Below are positions 37,901-50,800 of a stretch of 64,000 nucleotides of DNA, piece by piece. Location: the NCBI GenBank assembly GCA_043228905.1, contig JBHGNT010000001.1, positions 5,394,001-5,458,000 of the forward strand, in the 5' to 3' direction. A model generated the notes under the pieces. That model had not been told where the DNA came from, did not search any database, and saw only the letters and a program-made list of their open reading frames with translations. Every line of letters begins with the position of its first letter. Position 1 is the first letter of the stretch. This stretch comes from Azolla caroliniana. Lineage: Eukaryota > Plantae > Polypodiophyta. Both the position numbers and the translations under genes were made by a program.

Positions 37901-40155
37901 TTGAAATCAAGTTGGATCAGTGCCCTTATCTTCATAAGCGGGACAAATGACAGTTCCAAAATAGGTTTTAATTGGGTCACTATATTGACGTTCAAGATTT
38001 CTTTGTGGTTCCATTAAACTAATAGTTTTTGGTCAAGTAAACATGAAACAGAAGCAAATTATGAAACAGATATAGAGAATTGAGTTTTACCTCACGAAAT
38101 GTGAACTTGTCATGCACAAAAATAGCCAATACAAGGCATGGTAAGATCAAAAATAAGTGTCGAAAGGTATCTTGGTCTTTGTCGTATGAACGTCTGACCA
38201 CTTTATGGTACCTTATATACCATACAATTGAGAATGAGCTCCATAAGAAGAATAACTTCATGACCGTGTTATAAAACGATATGTAATCTGTAAATATGTC
38301 CAAATAACGGGTGGCAAAAACAAGTGCATAGAGTTCTTGAGTCTTCAATGAAATGCCTGAAAGATCAATTAAAATGAATTATTAAGATTTATTTATCATT
38401 TAAAATATTGACTTACATGCTTACTTTAAATTTCTGTTTTACGAGAAAATAGCACTTATATAAACTGTGTGCTAAAAATCCCTCAGAATCACCATGGGAC
38501 TAACTCTGAAGCACAAACTTATTGAACGCTCTATAACACAAACTTATTGAACGCTCTATAACCCAAAAAAGAAAATATGACCATAATGAGCAACATATAC
38601 TAGCAGTTGTATTTAAAGGATCTCAGAACAACCATTTAGAAGATCAGTGCATAAGAAATCACAGCAGGGTAGCATAATTCTATGTGACAATTTCATAAGC
38701 CATGTCAATGAAAAGGCACATGCCATATTACAATACATATACACACAGACACACCTCTATAATTACTTCAAAAAGGATGCAACAAGTCTTAAAACTACAA
38801 TAAACGAAAACAAAAAGAAACCTACAAAGAATGCAAAAGAGAACAGAAAAGATTACATAAAAAAAGGCCCACTCACAAAAGAGGAAAGAGAAGTCCCAAG
38901 TTATTGAATACAACCATGTAGCCATATAATGTTTTTCACAGCTTGTAGAATGTGTTCCTGGAAAAAACCTAAAAACATGGGGGCTTCACCACATATCCCT
39001 CTTCATTGAGGTATCTGTAGAGAAAATCAAACTCTACATCCATTTGATAAAACTAGCCTATTTTATTCTACGGCAACCTAGTTTTTGGTAGCATTCCTAT
39101 CTTTCCTCATTCTGAGACAATACAAAGGATGGACTATTATAAGGATGTTGCTCTGAAAATAACCACATTTGCAGCACGAGGCTTTGAAAGCAGACACTAA
39201 ATATTAATCTATACAATGATATAGAGCCAAAAATGACCACATTTTCTTCACAAGACCTTGAAGAGAAGATTTTTCTACATCAAATATTGGTACGTCTGTA
39301 GCCCAAACACAACCAGACATTATAATGTTAAACAATAGACTATACAAAGATCTAGATCTGCAAATGACAACATTTTCAGAAAGAGATCTTGAAAGGAACC
39401 TTTTTCCTTCTGTGTATAGAAGGATCTCTAATCTCACACGTTTCCACAGATATGGCAGTAGATCTTGAAACGAAGTTATTCCTCACAAAATATGAATTTG
39501 TACTTAAATCCAGCAACTGATAACACACACACATTCACATAAGTAAAGACGTGAGTTTCGTAACCATGAATTCTGGAAACAGTTACCACGTATTTCTCTA
39601 GTTTTTCCCCATTAAAAGGTATGAAAGAAACAAACACACTCATACCAATGGAAATAAAGAATTAGGGTTTCCATAATATAAATTCTCTAATCGCTTACGA
39701 GATATTATCTAGATTTCAACATCACAACATATCTTAATTAGCAGAATTAAGACCAGATCTAAGCAGAATTTCATCAAGACATAATCAAAAAAAAGAATGC
39801 ATAATGTTCATACAGAATATGTGCAAGTGGCCACAAAAAGAAACAAATAAATAAAATGTTTTGCACATGACACATAATACATACCAGTCGTACCTACACG
39901 TGATTTGATGGTTTCCACAAAATCATACCATCGCACAACATACATATATACATGTACACAAAGACATGTTCCACATGCATTACCATACAGTATTATTCCA
40001 TGACATGCCATAATATGACATACATACTATACGTGATATACATTACATGTTGATACATACATACCTGCGCATGACTTGATGGTGTGGATCTTGAGAAGGA
40101 GAAGCAAGATGCTGAAGAGATGGAACATATCACCAGACAAACGAAATATATTCAT
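34970..40155 (-). CDS. ERD2: ER lumen protein-retaining receptor (K/HDEL receptor), 215 aa; exons 40155-40065, 38356-38091, 37308-37193, 37113-37040, 35573-35510, 35006-34970
   Basis: MNIFRLSGDMFHLFSILLLLLKIHTIKSCAGISLKTQELY...RYLDIF...DTFRH...WTFSLYLEAVAILPQL...DNLTGNYVFFLGAYRGFYILNWIYRY...GLVQTALYADFFYYY..SWKNSEKLQLPA*. All introns GT-AG with consistent phases (648 nt). Confidence 0.97.
35950..36330 (-). mobile_element. Degraded RTE-like LINE 3' fragment in ERD2 intron 4
   Basis: LEIER...EHYI..YEI...FREFFGPL remnants typical of an RTE C-terminus. Confidence 0.4.
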
Positions 40156-42014
40156 GATCTCTCTCTCCTCTCTGCGAAACTCGAATCACCCCCTAGGAAA
40201 AAACGAAAAACGAAAAAAACAACACAGAGAGAGAGAGAGAGAGAGAAATCTGAGCTTCGAAATGAAGAAAATTTTGCCTCGGAAAATCCTTCTGAAAACT
40301 TGCAAGCGAAAAAGGCATACAATTAAGAAGAACAAGAAGAAGACGAATATTGAAAAAATAACACTTGAGATTTGCTTTTTGGGTCGTTTTTTAGTTTGCG
40401 TTTTGCTTTTTCTCGTTACCAATGAATGGAATGGCCTTTACCCTAGTGGCAAGTGTTAGTGGGAGGGAGGCGGGTTGATTGTGAGTTCAAATCCTTACAC
40501 ACTCTTTTTCCACGTCTTTATTTCATCATATATCGCTTCTCCTCTCGATGTAACACATTGCTGCATTTGAACTATTGACCTCTCGTGTCTCCACGCATTG
40601 ACACCAACCATGTCTCTTGTTCTTTCGTGGTGGGAAGATTAGGGATCAATTCAAAAGGCTTATTCCCATGGTTTTGAGGATGGATCAGTGGGAAACCAAT
40701 TATTTTTTGTGAGAAGTGGGAACATGTTGTGGTTTGTGAGCCTTCAGTATTGAGCTATATGTTAAGGGAACTAGTTACCCCCACTTCATTAAGGCATCTT
40801 CAAACATTTTGAGACTCTATTGATGAGGGGTCAATATCTCAATAGTATTACCTCATTGCTCATCAATACTATTTGTATTTGTAATATGAGGTATTACTTC
40901 TAAACTATATGCCATGTGGATGCATCAAACTAATGGTCGTGGGCCTTCAAATAGTTGGCATTGAGCTCTAATGTGTACAAAGAAAGTCGAACGAGTAGCT
41001 TCTAATGATCAATTGGACCCCAACTCATGAAGATCATATTGCATGGTTATGCCCCTCTTATTGCTCATGTGATGCACATCTTCTACATTTTATTCCTTTA
41101 TTTATTCAAGTTTATTATGTTAATTGATTGTTGGGCAATGCGTTATCCTAAATTGTTTGCAAAATAAAGAATGGTTGTTGAGGTCCTTCTCAATTGAAAA
41201 TGCACCATGTAAATTCCATTCATGGCAGCCATACATCCAAATATTCACATGATTGTTCCCCCTAGTGGCATGTAATGCGTGGAAAAAGTAGTTGCCAATG
41301 GGAAATTCATCTACATTAGTCTTTGATTGAGATTTATGTAATCTTGTCCAAATTCCACAATTGCATAAATGTTTTGTCCTCTTTTTCAAGTCTACCATAA
41401 ACGATACCTTTCATGGGAACATTTTCCTTCTTGAGGCAAATTAGTCATGACTCATAACTATAACAACAATAATTTCATTAATTACAATTTTATCATAGTA
41501 GGAAGTTTTTGAAACATATTGTTGTCGAGTAAATGTATTTGTGTTGGAAGATGCAAGCTTTTGGAGATACCATTTCCAACATTTGCTTGGGAAATACAAT
41601 TCCTCCAACAACTTTACTGTCACACATGATGACTCTTATGTTGTCATCATGTCATTATCTAAGCTTCAAATATTGGCAATACTCCACATTTACATAAACA
41701 TGTTCCACTCTATATGCTACATCAATGATATATTGTCGATGCACATCCAAGGGTTCTACATTTGCATGTCATGACTTGGTATTTTTATTTCATAAAATTG
41801 TAAGTCCGAAGAGGTTTATGTTTAAGTACCATTATCGTGCATATTAACAACATTTCACATTTTCCAATAAATGTTGCTCCCCTCAAAACTAGCAATCATG
41901 AGTCTCCTTTAAACTTCACATACAAGAAAGACAATATTTTTTTTTGCTATATTGGTATTTGAATCATCAAACCTTAAATGTGAAGCAAAATCAATCACAT
42001 TCTTAAAGTTGTGT

Positions 42015-42320
42015 GTGGGAATCGTCAATGGTTCAATCTCAGCTTAATCGGTTTGAACTTTGTCCAAACCAAACCGGTTAAGCCTTAACTGGTTCGAGAG
42101 ATTTCAAACTTGAACCAAATCAGCTCCTTAACCGGCTAATGCTTGATTGATTTGGCCAAACCAATTAATGCTAAATAGATTTAGTAACCAGTTCGGACAA
42201 ATCGGTTAAGCCTTAACCAATTTAGGAACCGGTTTGGCTTGAGCCTTTGCAAACTAAGGAGACTCAAGCCTTGAATTGAACTACATTGAACCGCCAAACC
42301 ATTTAAATCAGTTTAACGCT
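42015..42320. mobile_element. AACCG/CGGTT-rich hAT-like subterminal remnant, related to the MITE at 49873
   Basis: Start AATCGTCAATGGTTCAAT resembles the MITE start AATCGGCAACAGTTCAAT; many AAACCG/CGGTT motifs. No second TIR or TSD found. Confidence 0.5.
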
Positions 42321-45299
42321 TCTAGCTCATAAGTAAAAGCAACCATTGATATCCAATGAGCCATGAGCAAAAACCTCATCTCGATACACAATTCATAAGT
42401 GTTCATGGTGCCACAAACATTGCTAATTTAGTCATTCAATGTTTGAATGAAAAAAACACGTGTGTAAGCATATAAAACAACCTCATTAGCATAAGAATTT
42501 GCATAGGTTCAATTGCAATCATGGTTGTTTAAATAATCTAATGACATTTTGTTCAAAAAATCATCATGCATGTGTAAACTAAGCATACAAGGTGCTTCAT
42601 ATACCATACAAGCACCACCAAGGTTTACTTTTTTTCCCAATAAAAGATACTACATTAGTACTAAGAAATAGAAACTGAACATGTACATGAAACATGTATG
42701 TATAGGTAATCATCCCTTTTTTTATCAAGGTTAAGTTTTAATTATTGACTTAAAAAATACATTGGTGTAGAGTATAACCGCTATAAATTGCCTATAAAAT
42801 ATTCCTTTGTCCCATATGGCATGAAACTCCAACATTGAAACTCTACCCATTGAGTGTTACCTTTTATGTTATTCAAAGAATCTCTAAGATTATGCATAAT
42901 TTGTGTCGAAATTTCAATAGTTATCTAAGCATGGATTCCTCTCACTGTTTGGACTAATTTCAAACACTTGGCCTTCCAAATATGCTAAATTGTTATACTA
43001 CTTACCAATTGCCACACACATATCGTGTTTATCGGTCTCTATATGAGGATTCAAGGGCATAGTTGTTTTTTGCATTAGACCGTGTCTCATAGACAAAGCA
43101 TTTGCAACATCCTATATTGTCCATAATAACATTGGTTGACTGTCTACAACCCACCCATAATATTGCCCCCCCCCCCCCCCCCACAGGTGTGCACCACTCA
43201 AGGATATATTGGTATTAATAGTTTTAAGATTATTTTACATATTGCCATCCCAAAATCACATAGGTTTATTAGTATGTGATAGAGAATAATAGGTAGTCAA
43301 TGACTCGTATGTTCAAAACTAGTCAACAAGGACATTGACCCCAAGTTGAAAACGACAAGAGATTGTAATTGAACACGTCTTCAATCGAGAAATGCATTCC
43401 AGAGAATTTTTACATAAAATTGAAAATTGATATAATGAAATCATTAAATTCAAAATTATATTTTCTATGCTCAACAAAAATACAACTATCCCATCGATCA
43501 TATAGAGAAAACAAAATTTGACTCCTTAAATATATTCGTATTAATTAACTCATCATAATCAATTAACATACTATGAAGTGATTGACGCAAACTACTAATT
43601 TTGAATCCAAACATTATATTTTTTATGCCACACATCACTTTTTTCCTAAACTAGGTGGCACATTGGTGTATCAAACTCACTACTATGACGTGATTGACAT
43701 AGTTACCTCTCACTCTCTAAGTCTATCCGTTTCTCTGCTTTCTAATATTTTAATATGTTCGTATATTTTCTCTATTGTTTGTACACCACCATTTTTTGCA
43801 CTACCCATGAAAAAGTAAGATGCTATTTCTTTATATGTTCCCATCCTTGAGCATCTATCAAAATATGTAAATTTTGATTAGAATTGTCTACCTACATTGG
43901 CATTGCCACAATCGTAGAGTCAATTTAGATACTTATCAAATGGGCTATGAATTCGAGGTTGTTGTTTAATTAACAATTTTGTAATATAACCTTTGAGGTG
44001 CAACTTTGTTGTGACCTCAAATGTTTTTGTAGTTCATGATGTTTTGACACTTATGTGCTCAATCCAATAAGTATCAATAGAAAATTGCATGCATAAAAAA
44101 AAAGCAAAACAATTGCCCAAGCATATAGGTGGGCTGGTGATTATGAAGACAAAGTCATGGACTAGTGTTATTTTATAGACAAGTGGGGCACAAAACCAAT
44201 AGTTGCAGGCTACAAATATAACCATGACATTGAAATAGACGATTAAGGAGGACACACTCAACCTCTGACAAAACAGTCGTATGCTCTCCTCGTAATATGT
44301 TGCAACTGGCCACAAGGATGCAAAAAATAACCTCCATGGTGGCAAGGGTTGAACATGAGGAGGCAACTCCAATCGATTAGACAACTCAAGAGGGGATCCA
44401 AGAGAAAAATATAAAGCAATGGCAGAAGTAAGAGGCATGGAAAAAGGAAACGACAAATAAATAAAAATAAAAGCTAACGAGGGGTATATTTCAAATGTGT
44501 TATTTAAGTTTGATTCCATTGAAACAATGATGTAGTATGTTGAGAAACATGAACGAGGCAATATAAACATTTGCTTTTAAGTTGAATATTTTCAAACATA
44601 ACAAATCCCTCGTCTCTTTGCAAAAGTGTTTACATTTGTTTCCAACACAAACATCATATTTAGGATTTAAAACACCATATCAAGGATTTTAATTGGTAAG
44701 GATGGTAACATTTGAAGAGTGATATTGAGCACCTTCGATTGACCATTTGTTGGGGTTGGAATTGAATTATTTTACTAATCTTAGTCCTCAAAGGTTTATT
44801 TCAAAACAAATAACTGATATGTCAACCGTTTTGTTGTATCCAACTCCGTACGGGCTTCAAGAATAGGTAGACAATGATCGTGAATATATGATCATTTGTG
44901 TGTGTGTCGATGAAATAATTGCAATATCTTGAATATGATCCATATTCTATGTTCCTCTAATGGAATAAATTGAACTAAATATTATCCATTTTCTATGGTT
45001 CTATATTGGAAGAAATTGAATTTCAATGTTCATGGCAAGTAGTATCCTTACACCCAAGAAAACGTTTTGAAATATTAATCAAGTTATATATTCAAAATTC
45101 CTAAAGATCGTCTTCAAATTTTGTAGCAAACATTGAGTAATACGAATGGATTCCAAAGCCTAAACACTTGATGATAAATGAAAAATACAAGGAGAATCAT
45201 TTTGCAAGAAGACAGAAGACCACAAAATCCAAGAATCCATGAAGGATGGAACTCAAATGACAATTCATGTTAGCAAAGTGTGATAGAATGTGTGTCTCG

Positions 45300-45650
45300 A
45301 TATGTTAATACATATAGAGATTGAAGGAAGAATCTACCAACATTTTCAATGTAAGGTGTAAAGAGGCACTAAGGGAATGAGATGCACATGCACATGCAAT
45401 GGGACGGGGATCCTTGCACATGCACACATACACAAAGATAACCATGTTGCAAATGCAATAGTGAGATTTGAAGTGTAGTCAGTAGAAATGGATACAAGAG
45501 AGGAAATGACTAATTTGATGCTCCAAATTTTCGAGAAGATTTATGGACAAAATTGAAGGAATCCCCAAAAAGGAGCCCTAGATGCCCCCTAAAGAAGAAG
45601 GAGAACATGTAGATTCTAAAACCAGGAAAAATGAAGACGAAGAGCCAAAA
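45300..45650 (+). mobile_element. Possible MuDR SWIM-finger/C-terminal remnant
   Basis: CTC..W..GI(P)C.H-like and PP.RRR-like remnants across frameshifts. Confidence 0.3.
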
Positions 45651-46029
45651 CGTAAATTTTCCATAATTATAAAAATGTTTTTTGAAGCTTTATTCTACGT
45701 ATGATAATAAGTTTTGCTTTTATTTATCAATACAAAACAATCGTTACATTATTACCATTCTTAATTTCTTTATTTTATCATATATATATATATATATATG
45801 GATATGTAATCATGTATATATAGAATAATATAGGTAATAAAAGGAGCAAGGAACTAAATCGAGGTGCTGTCGGGGCCGTCGGATGCAAAACCGACTTCGA
45901 CGGCTGCGATCGCATCAAGCCACAAAAGGATGACCGGCCCAGCTCAGAGGAAGACTGTCCTAACAGCTAGAAAATGACCGGCGTCGCCGGTATTGCCGGT
46001 TGTCCGTTTTGAACTGAACTGAAGCGCAA

Positions 46030-47748
46030 AGCATTACACACCTCACCATCACCACCACCACCACCATCAGCAGCAGCGGCAGACAAAAAAAAAAACAGTC
46101 GCCATAGCCGCGCTCTCTCTCTCTCTCAGTAGCTTCTTCGTTCCCTCATGAATTCCTCATTCGTTCTGTCACTTACTTTCTTCTTCCTTCGGAAGCTCCC
46201 ATAGTCACTGTCTTCAGAAGCTGAATCTTCTCTCCCTTTCCCATTTCCCTTTCTTCTTCTTCTTCTTCTTCTTCTTCTTCTTGCTCGTTCAATCTTGTCC
46301 ATTTGGAAGTTGCCATGGCCATTGTTCGCAGAGGCGTCTTCGTCTGATTTCTTCATCTTCAGAAGCTTTTTCTCCTCATAGCCACTGCCACAGAAGCTTG
46401 CACTCGCCTCTTCTTTGAAGCGAAAGAAATCAATTTACGTTCTAAATTGTCTTCTTTACCAGAGCGAGAGAAGATCCTCGAGCACGCCACAAGCAGAAGG
46501 TCAGGAAGATTGAAAAAACTCTTTCATTTCTCTAATTCAAATATGTACGATTTTTTTACCCAATTTCTGTTAAATGAGATAAATAAAAAAATGTCAGATT
46601 TAAGCATAGCGAGACCTCTTCTTTCACACTGAATATCTCGTTTCTAGAAGTCTGCTTGAACGAGACAGACACAGAAGCAAAATCAAGAAAGTTTTGCTTT
46701 CTTCCTGCAAACATTCACTTTCTGATTCATTAATATCCGTTCTTCTTCTCCTCCTCCTGATTTGCAAAAATGCTAGAGAAGAAGGCTCGACCTAGGACGA
46801 TCAAGAAAATCTCTGCTTTCTGCTTTCTGCTTTCTTCTAGCAAAATTTAACCCACCGATATATTACTAGCGGCTCTTCTTTTACTGTTTTGAGAGAAATC
46901 TACAGAAGAAGGTTAAACCGACGAAGATCAAGAAAACTCTTCTTTCTTTTTGCAAACTTCCACCTACCGATTCATCGCTAGTAAAATTTTCCTTTCTTTT
47001 TTCTTCTCCTGGTTTGCGAAGAAGATCAACGAAAGTCGCCACATTTTTCTTTCTCGTTGTTATGGAGCACCAGGATTTTTTTCGTTCAATCTTCTTCCTA
47101 CGGAACTCGTCACAGCCACTTCCTCCGGAACCTCGTCTTTTCCACATCCTTAGAATCTTTGTTAGAAAGCTAGAGAAGAAGATTAGACCGAGGAAGACCA
47201 AGAAAAGTCTCTGCCTTTTTCTTACTAGTTGTTATATAGCTGTAGGATTACGTCTTTCAAACTTCTTCACTCGCCAGAGACATTCCTTCTCAGACAAGGA
47301 GAGGAAGCTAGATAAGGCTGTGGTGCTCTCAGTCGCGCCGCAACACGAATCAGAAGAAAGTATATTGGTTGTGGCAAGAAACCTTCACGTACCCAATCGC
47401 TAGCACATTTCTGCACCTAAGAAGGAAGCTACAGGATGATTGCATTGCTCAGAAATTTTCTTACTTATATTTGGCAGCTAGAGGAGACATAGTTCATCGA
47501 TTTTATTATCGCCTTTCAATGTTAAATATGGTCCATAGGTAATATATTTTTGCACCTAAGAAGGAGGCTACAGGATCTCATTGCTCAGAAATTTTCTTAG
47601 TAATATTTGACAGCTAGAGGAGACATAGATAATAGATTTTATTATCGCCTTTCAAGGTTAAATATGGCCTATGGAACCAAAAATGAAAACATTTTCATAC
47701 TGATATGTGTGAAGTTGAGTAGTGACACTCGATGTTGTGATTGAGTGA

Positions 47749-47804
<56 letters not shown>

Positions 47805-47897
47805 ACTACAGGACAAGAAGGCTTTGTTTGGAGGTTGGATTCTCTTGTAACAGTAACACTTGGCATAGAAATGGTCAGAACTGTTTGAAAAGAAGAC
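46030..47897 (+). promoter_or_regulatory. Probable long 5' leader/first intron region of the downstream gene (CT/CTT/CAC/AG microsatellites, internal repeats)
   Basis: Pyrimidine-rich tracts at 46113 and 46250, (AG)n at 47755-47800, 139-bp tandem duplication at 47412/47551. TSS not determined. Confidence 0.45.
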
Positions 47898-50800
47898 ATG
47901 TTTACAGAAGGTCTTGAACCTTCTGCTGTACAGTGGGTGCAACAGGTCTGTGGGATCCTCAAATTCTTTTACCTTCCATTATGATTCATATAGTTTATAT
48001 CATGCCATTATAAATATTTTCGTCACATTTTCTTCACCATTAAGCCATGTAAGATCACTTAGAAGTTTATACATAAATATTTTTGGTTTGATCTGCTTAC
48101 TCTTATTATTTGTAAGGTCATTGAGCAGCTATGAAGTTTGCACGAACATTCTCTGATGATATTTTCTTCACTGTTAGCCTATCCATAGCATAAGAACACT
48201 GCTTGTTCTGCATCTTATTATGTACACAAACAACAATTTTGGTTAGATTGTCTCACCATTGTTATTATCTAAGGCCAGTGCTATCGTTTCAGCTTGTACT
48301 CACTATTTTGGCTAGATTTTTTTTATCATGACTCTAGTTTCATTTATGGCCACTGATTTCTTTGTAGTTTTTACATAAACAACACCAAGTACTCATTACT
48401 CTGTACCATGCCATTGTTTGATTTGCAGTTTATGAACAATAAGCATGTAACTGTGAAGGTAAGATTTGTCAGAGTTTTCTTACCATTTATAAATGCTTTT
48501 GTATGGTATGGCACATGTCACTGTTTGTCAGTTGTTTTTAACATTGATTTATGCATTTTAACTGCTTCCTATGCTTTGCCTTTTAAACATAGACATATAA
48601 CCGTGTTTAAACTTAGTTTTTTAGATTTTAGGGCATGAGCAAAAGTCTACTGTTTGCAAACTCACAGATTGGTTTGCAGTTGCTTACATAAACATGTAAT
48701 CGCCATGCTTAGTTTCAAGCAAATCCAGGGCTTAAAATCAGAAGTTACGGGTTGTGAAACCACATTTTGCTTTGTAGTTCATGTAGACTTTGAATTTTAT
48801 TTTTGTGCAACTTAATGCATAGTATTCAGAAAGTTAGGATGGAAATCCACTGGTTTCTTAGCTCTATTTTTGTGCTGTTTGATTCCAGGGCCTAAATCAG
48901 AAGGCTAGAGTGGCTTCTCCTGTTTTCGCATCTACTCAAACAGCAAGATTTGCTAGGGAGAATGATAGAAGGAAGAAATCAAGGACAGGATGGGCAGATT
49001 TACCACCTGCACATTTTCATTCAGGTTTAATAAATCCAGGTCAATTCTCGTCTGTTGCTTTGGATCATTCCACAGAAAGCACAGGCTCTGCCACAGAAAA
49101 CAATGGATACGAGTATAGCACAGATACAGAAGATCATGAATCAGGACGTTATTCTTTGGATTCTGAGTCTCCTCAGGTTCAGCAAGATAATGTGGTCACT
49201 GAGAACGCAAGGAAAGGAAAGGTAGATAGAGGCAGGAAAGGTCACAATACCACTGATGAATACTACTATGAATATGATCGACGTCTACTTAGCTCAAAAT
49301 CGAATTCAAATTCAAACTCAAGATCTGAGTCAAGACAAGAAAGCTTTGGACATGTGGGTCGCAATGCAACAGGATGGCATAAGGTAAAAGAAGCAGGACA
49401 CAATCGATATGATGAGGAAGATCAGTCTGATGATGATGAAGAAGAATCTTGGGATACATACAGTGGGGTATCTGTGATGCCTCCAAGTAGTAGCAAATTC
49501 TTCTCAACTATGAATGCTGGAAGTACAACCTTTTCATCTTATAGATCTGATGTTCATATCCAGGTTTTTTCATCCATATGTCCTGTTTAGTACCCACAAC
49601 GTGAGGATAGAAAACGTTTATTGGTTTCTTTCATGTTGAGATCGATTAACTGCTCTTTGTGTTAAAAAGTGAATTAAAAAAATTGATAGAATTTTTTATC
49701 ATTTGTTTGTATATGTCCTGTAACGATACTCATATGGGAAAAGATAGCCAATACGAAGGATAGAAAATTCTTATTGGCATCTTACTAATTAGCTCATTTC
49801 TTTTCTTAAATGAATGTGACCAACTTAAATTTAGCAAATAAAAGAATTTCATTTCTTTTTGTTTGTTACCTCTAACAATCGGCAACAGTTCAATTCGGTT
49901 TGAAAGGGTCCAAACCCTTTAAATTTTTTGAAACCTAAACCGAACCGAACAACAAAACTGTTAAACATTTTTCAAACCGTAAAAACCGCAGTTTCGTGGT
50001 TCGGTTTCGCTTTTCAACTTAGGTCAAATTTTAAATTTTATAATATTTCATTATTTTAAAATTTTAAAATTAGATGTTCCTAAAATGTGAGAATAAGGTC
50101 TAAAAATGAAAAGATTGTTTAAAATCAACTTTTTAAAATTTTTAAAAATGTTAAAAAAAACCTGTTAAACCGCAGTTTCTGACTGTTGAAACTGAACCGA
50201 GCCGTTGAAAAGGTTAAGCCATTAAGCCGCGGTTTCGTGGTTTGGTTCGGTTCAAACCAAACCATTGCTGATTGCTAGTTACCTCTTCTCTTTTGCTAAA
50301 TAAGTTTGGCACATTTTAGTTATGCTTCAGTTTTTACTGTCAAACCAGTGGGTTAGTTTTTGGTGACATTATGTTATCTCAATTAGAATCTGGGACTAGC
50401 AGTGATGGAAGCTATTGAATTGAAGGTTTAACGAGTGTTCTTTAATTTGATTGAAGTTCTTAGACATACATCCACACAGAATGCTTAGACAGGGAAAGGA
50501 ACCTGTAAGGTCTAATGTATTTCTCACTAAAACTTTAAGACAAGAATATTTACCTGAAGGTCATTTATTACAGATTGAGTTGATTCTTACCATAAATTGA
50601 ATATTTGAAAGCAAATTCTTTGCTGTTTGATGTATGTAGAGTTACAGATGGAAAACATTTACTAGTCTAGTCTCTTGTAATTTATAGATTGCAATGCAAC
50701 TAATTGCTAAACTTTTGTGCCATAATTTATAGGGTTATCATATCAATAGTTCTCATCACTCCAACAAAACGGGAGCTTCACCAAGTGCTCCACCTATGAT

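Noticed and set aside
40700-41900. Possible transposase remnant upstream of ERD2
   Set aside because: Only vague motif resemblance; not supportable without a profile search.
44034-44570. 178-aa hydrophobic minus-strand ORF
   Set aside because: No recognisable domain; the composition reflects a T-rich strand, probably TE debris.
47014-47403. 129-aa ORF upstream of the large gene as a separate CDS
   Set aside because: Non-ATG start, low-complexity repeat-derived sequence, no recognisable domain.
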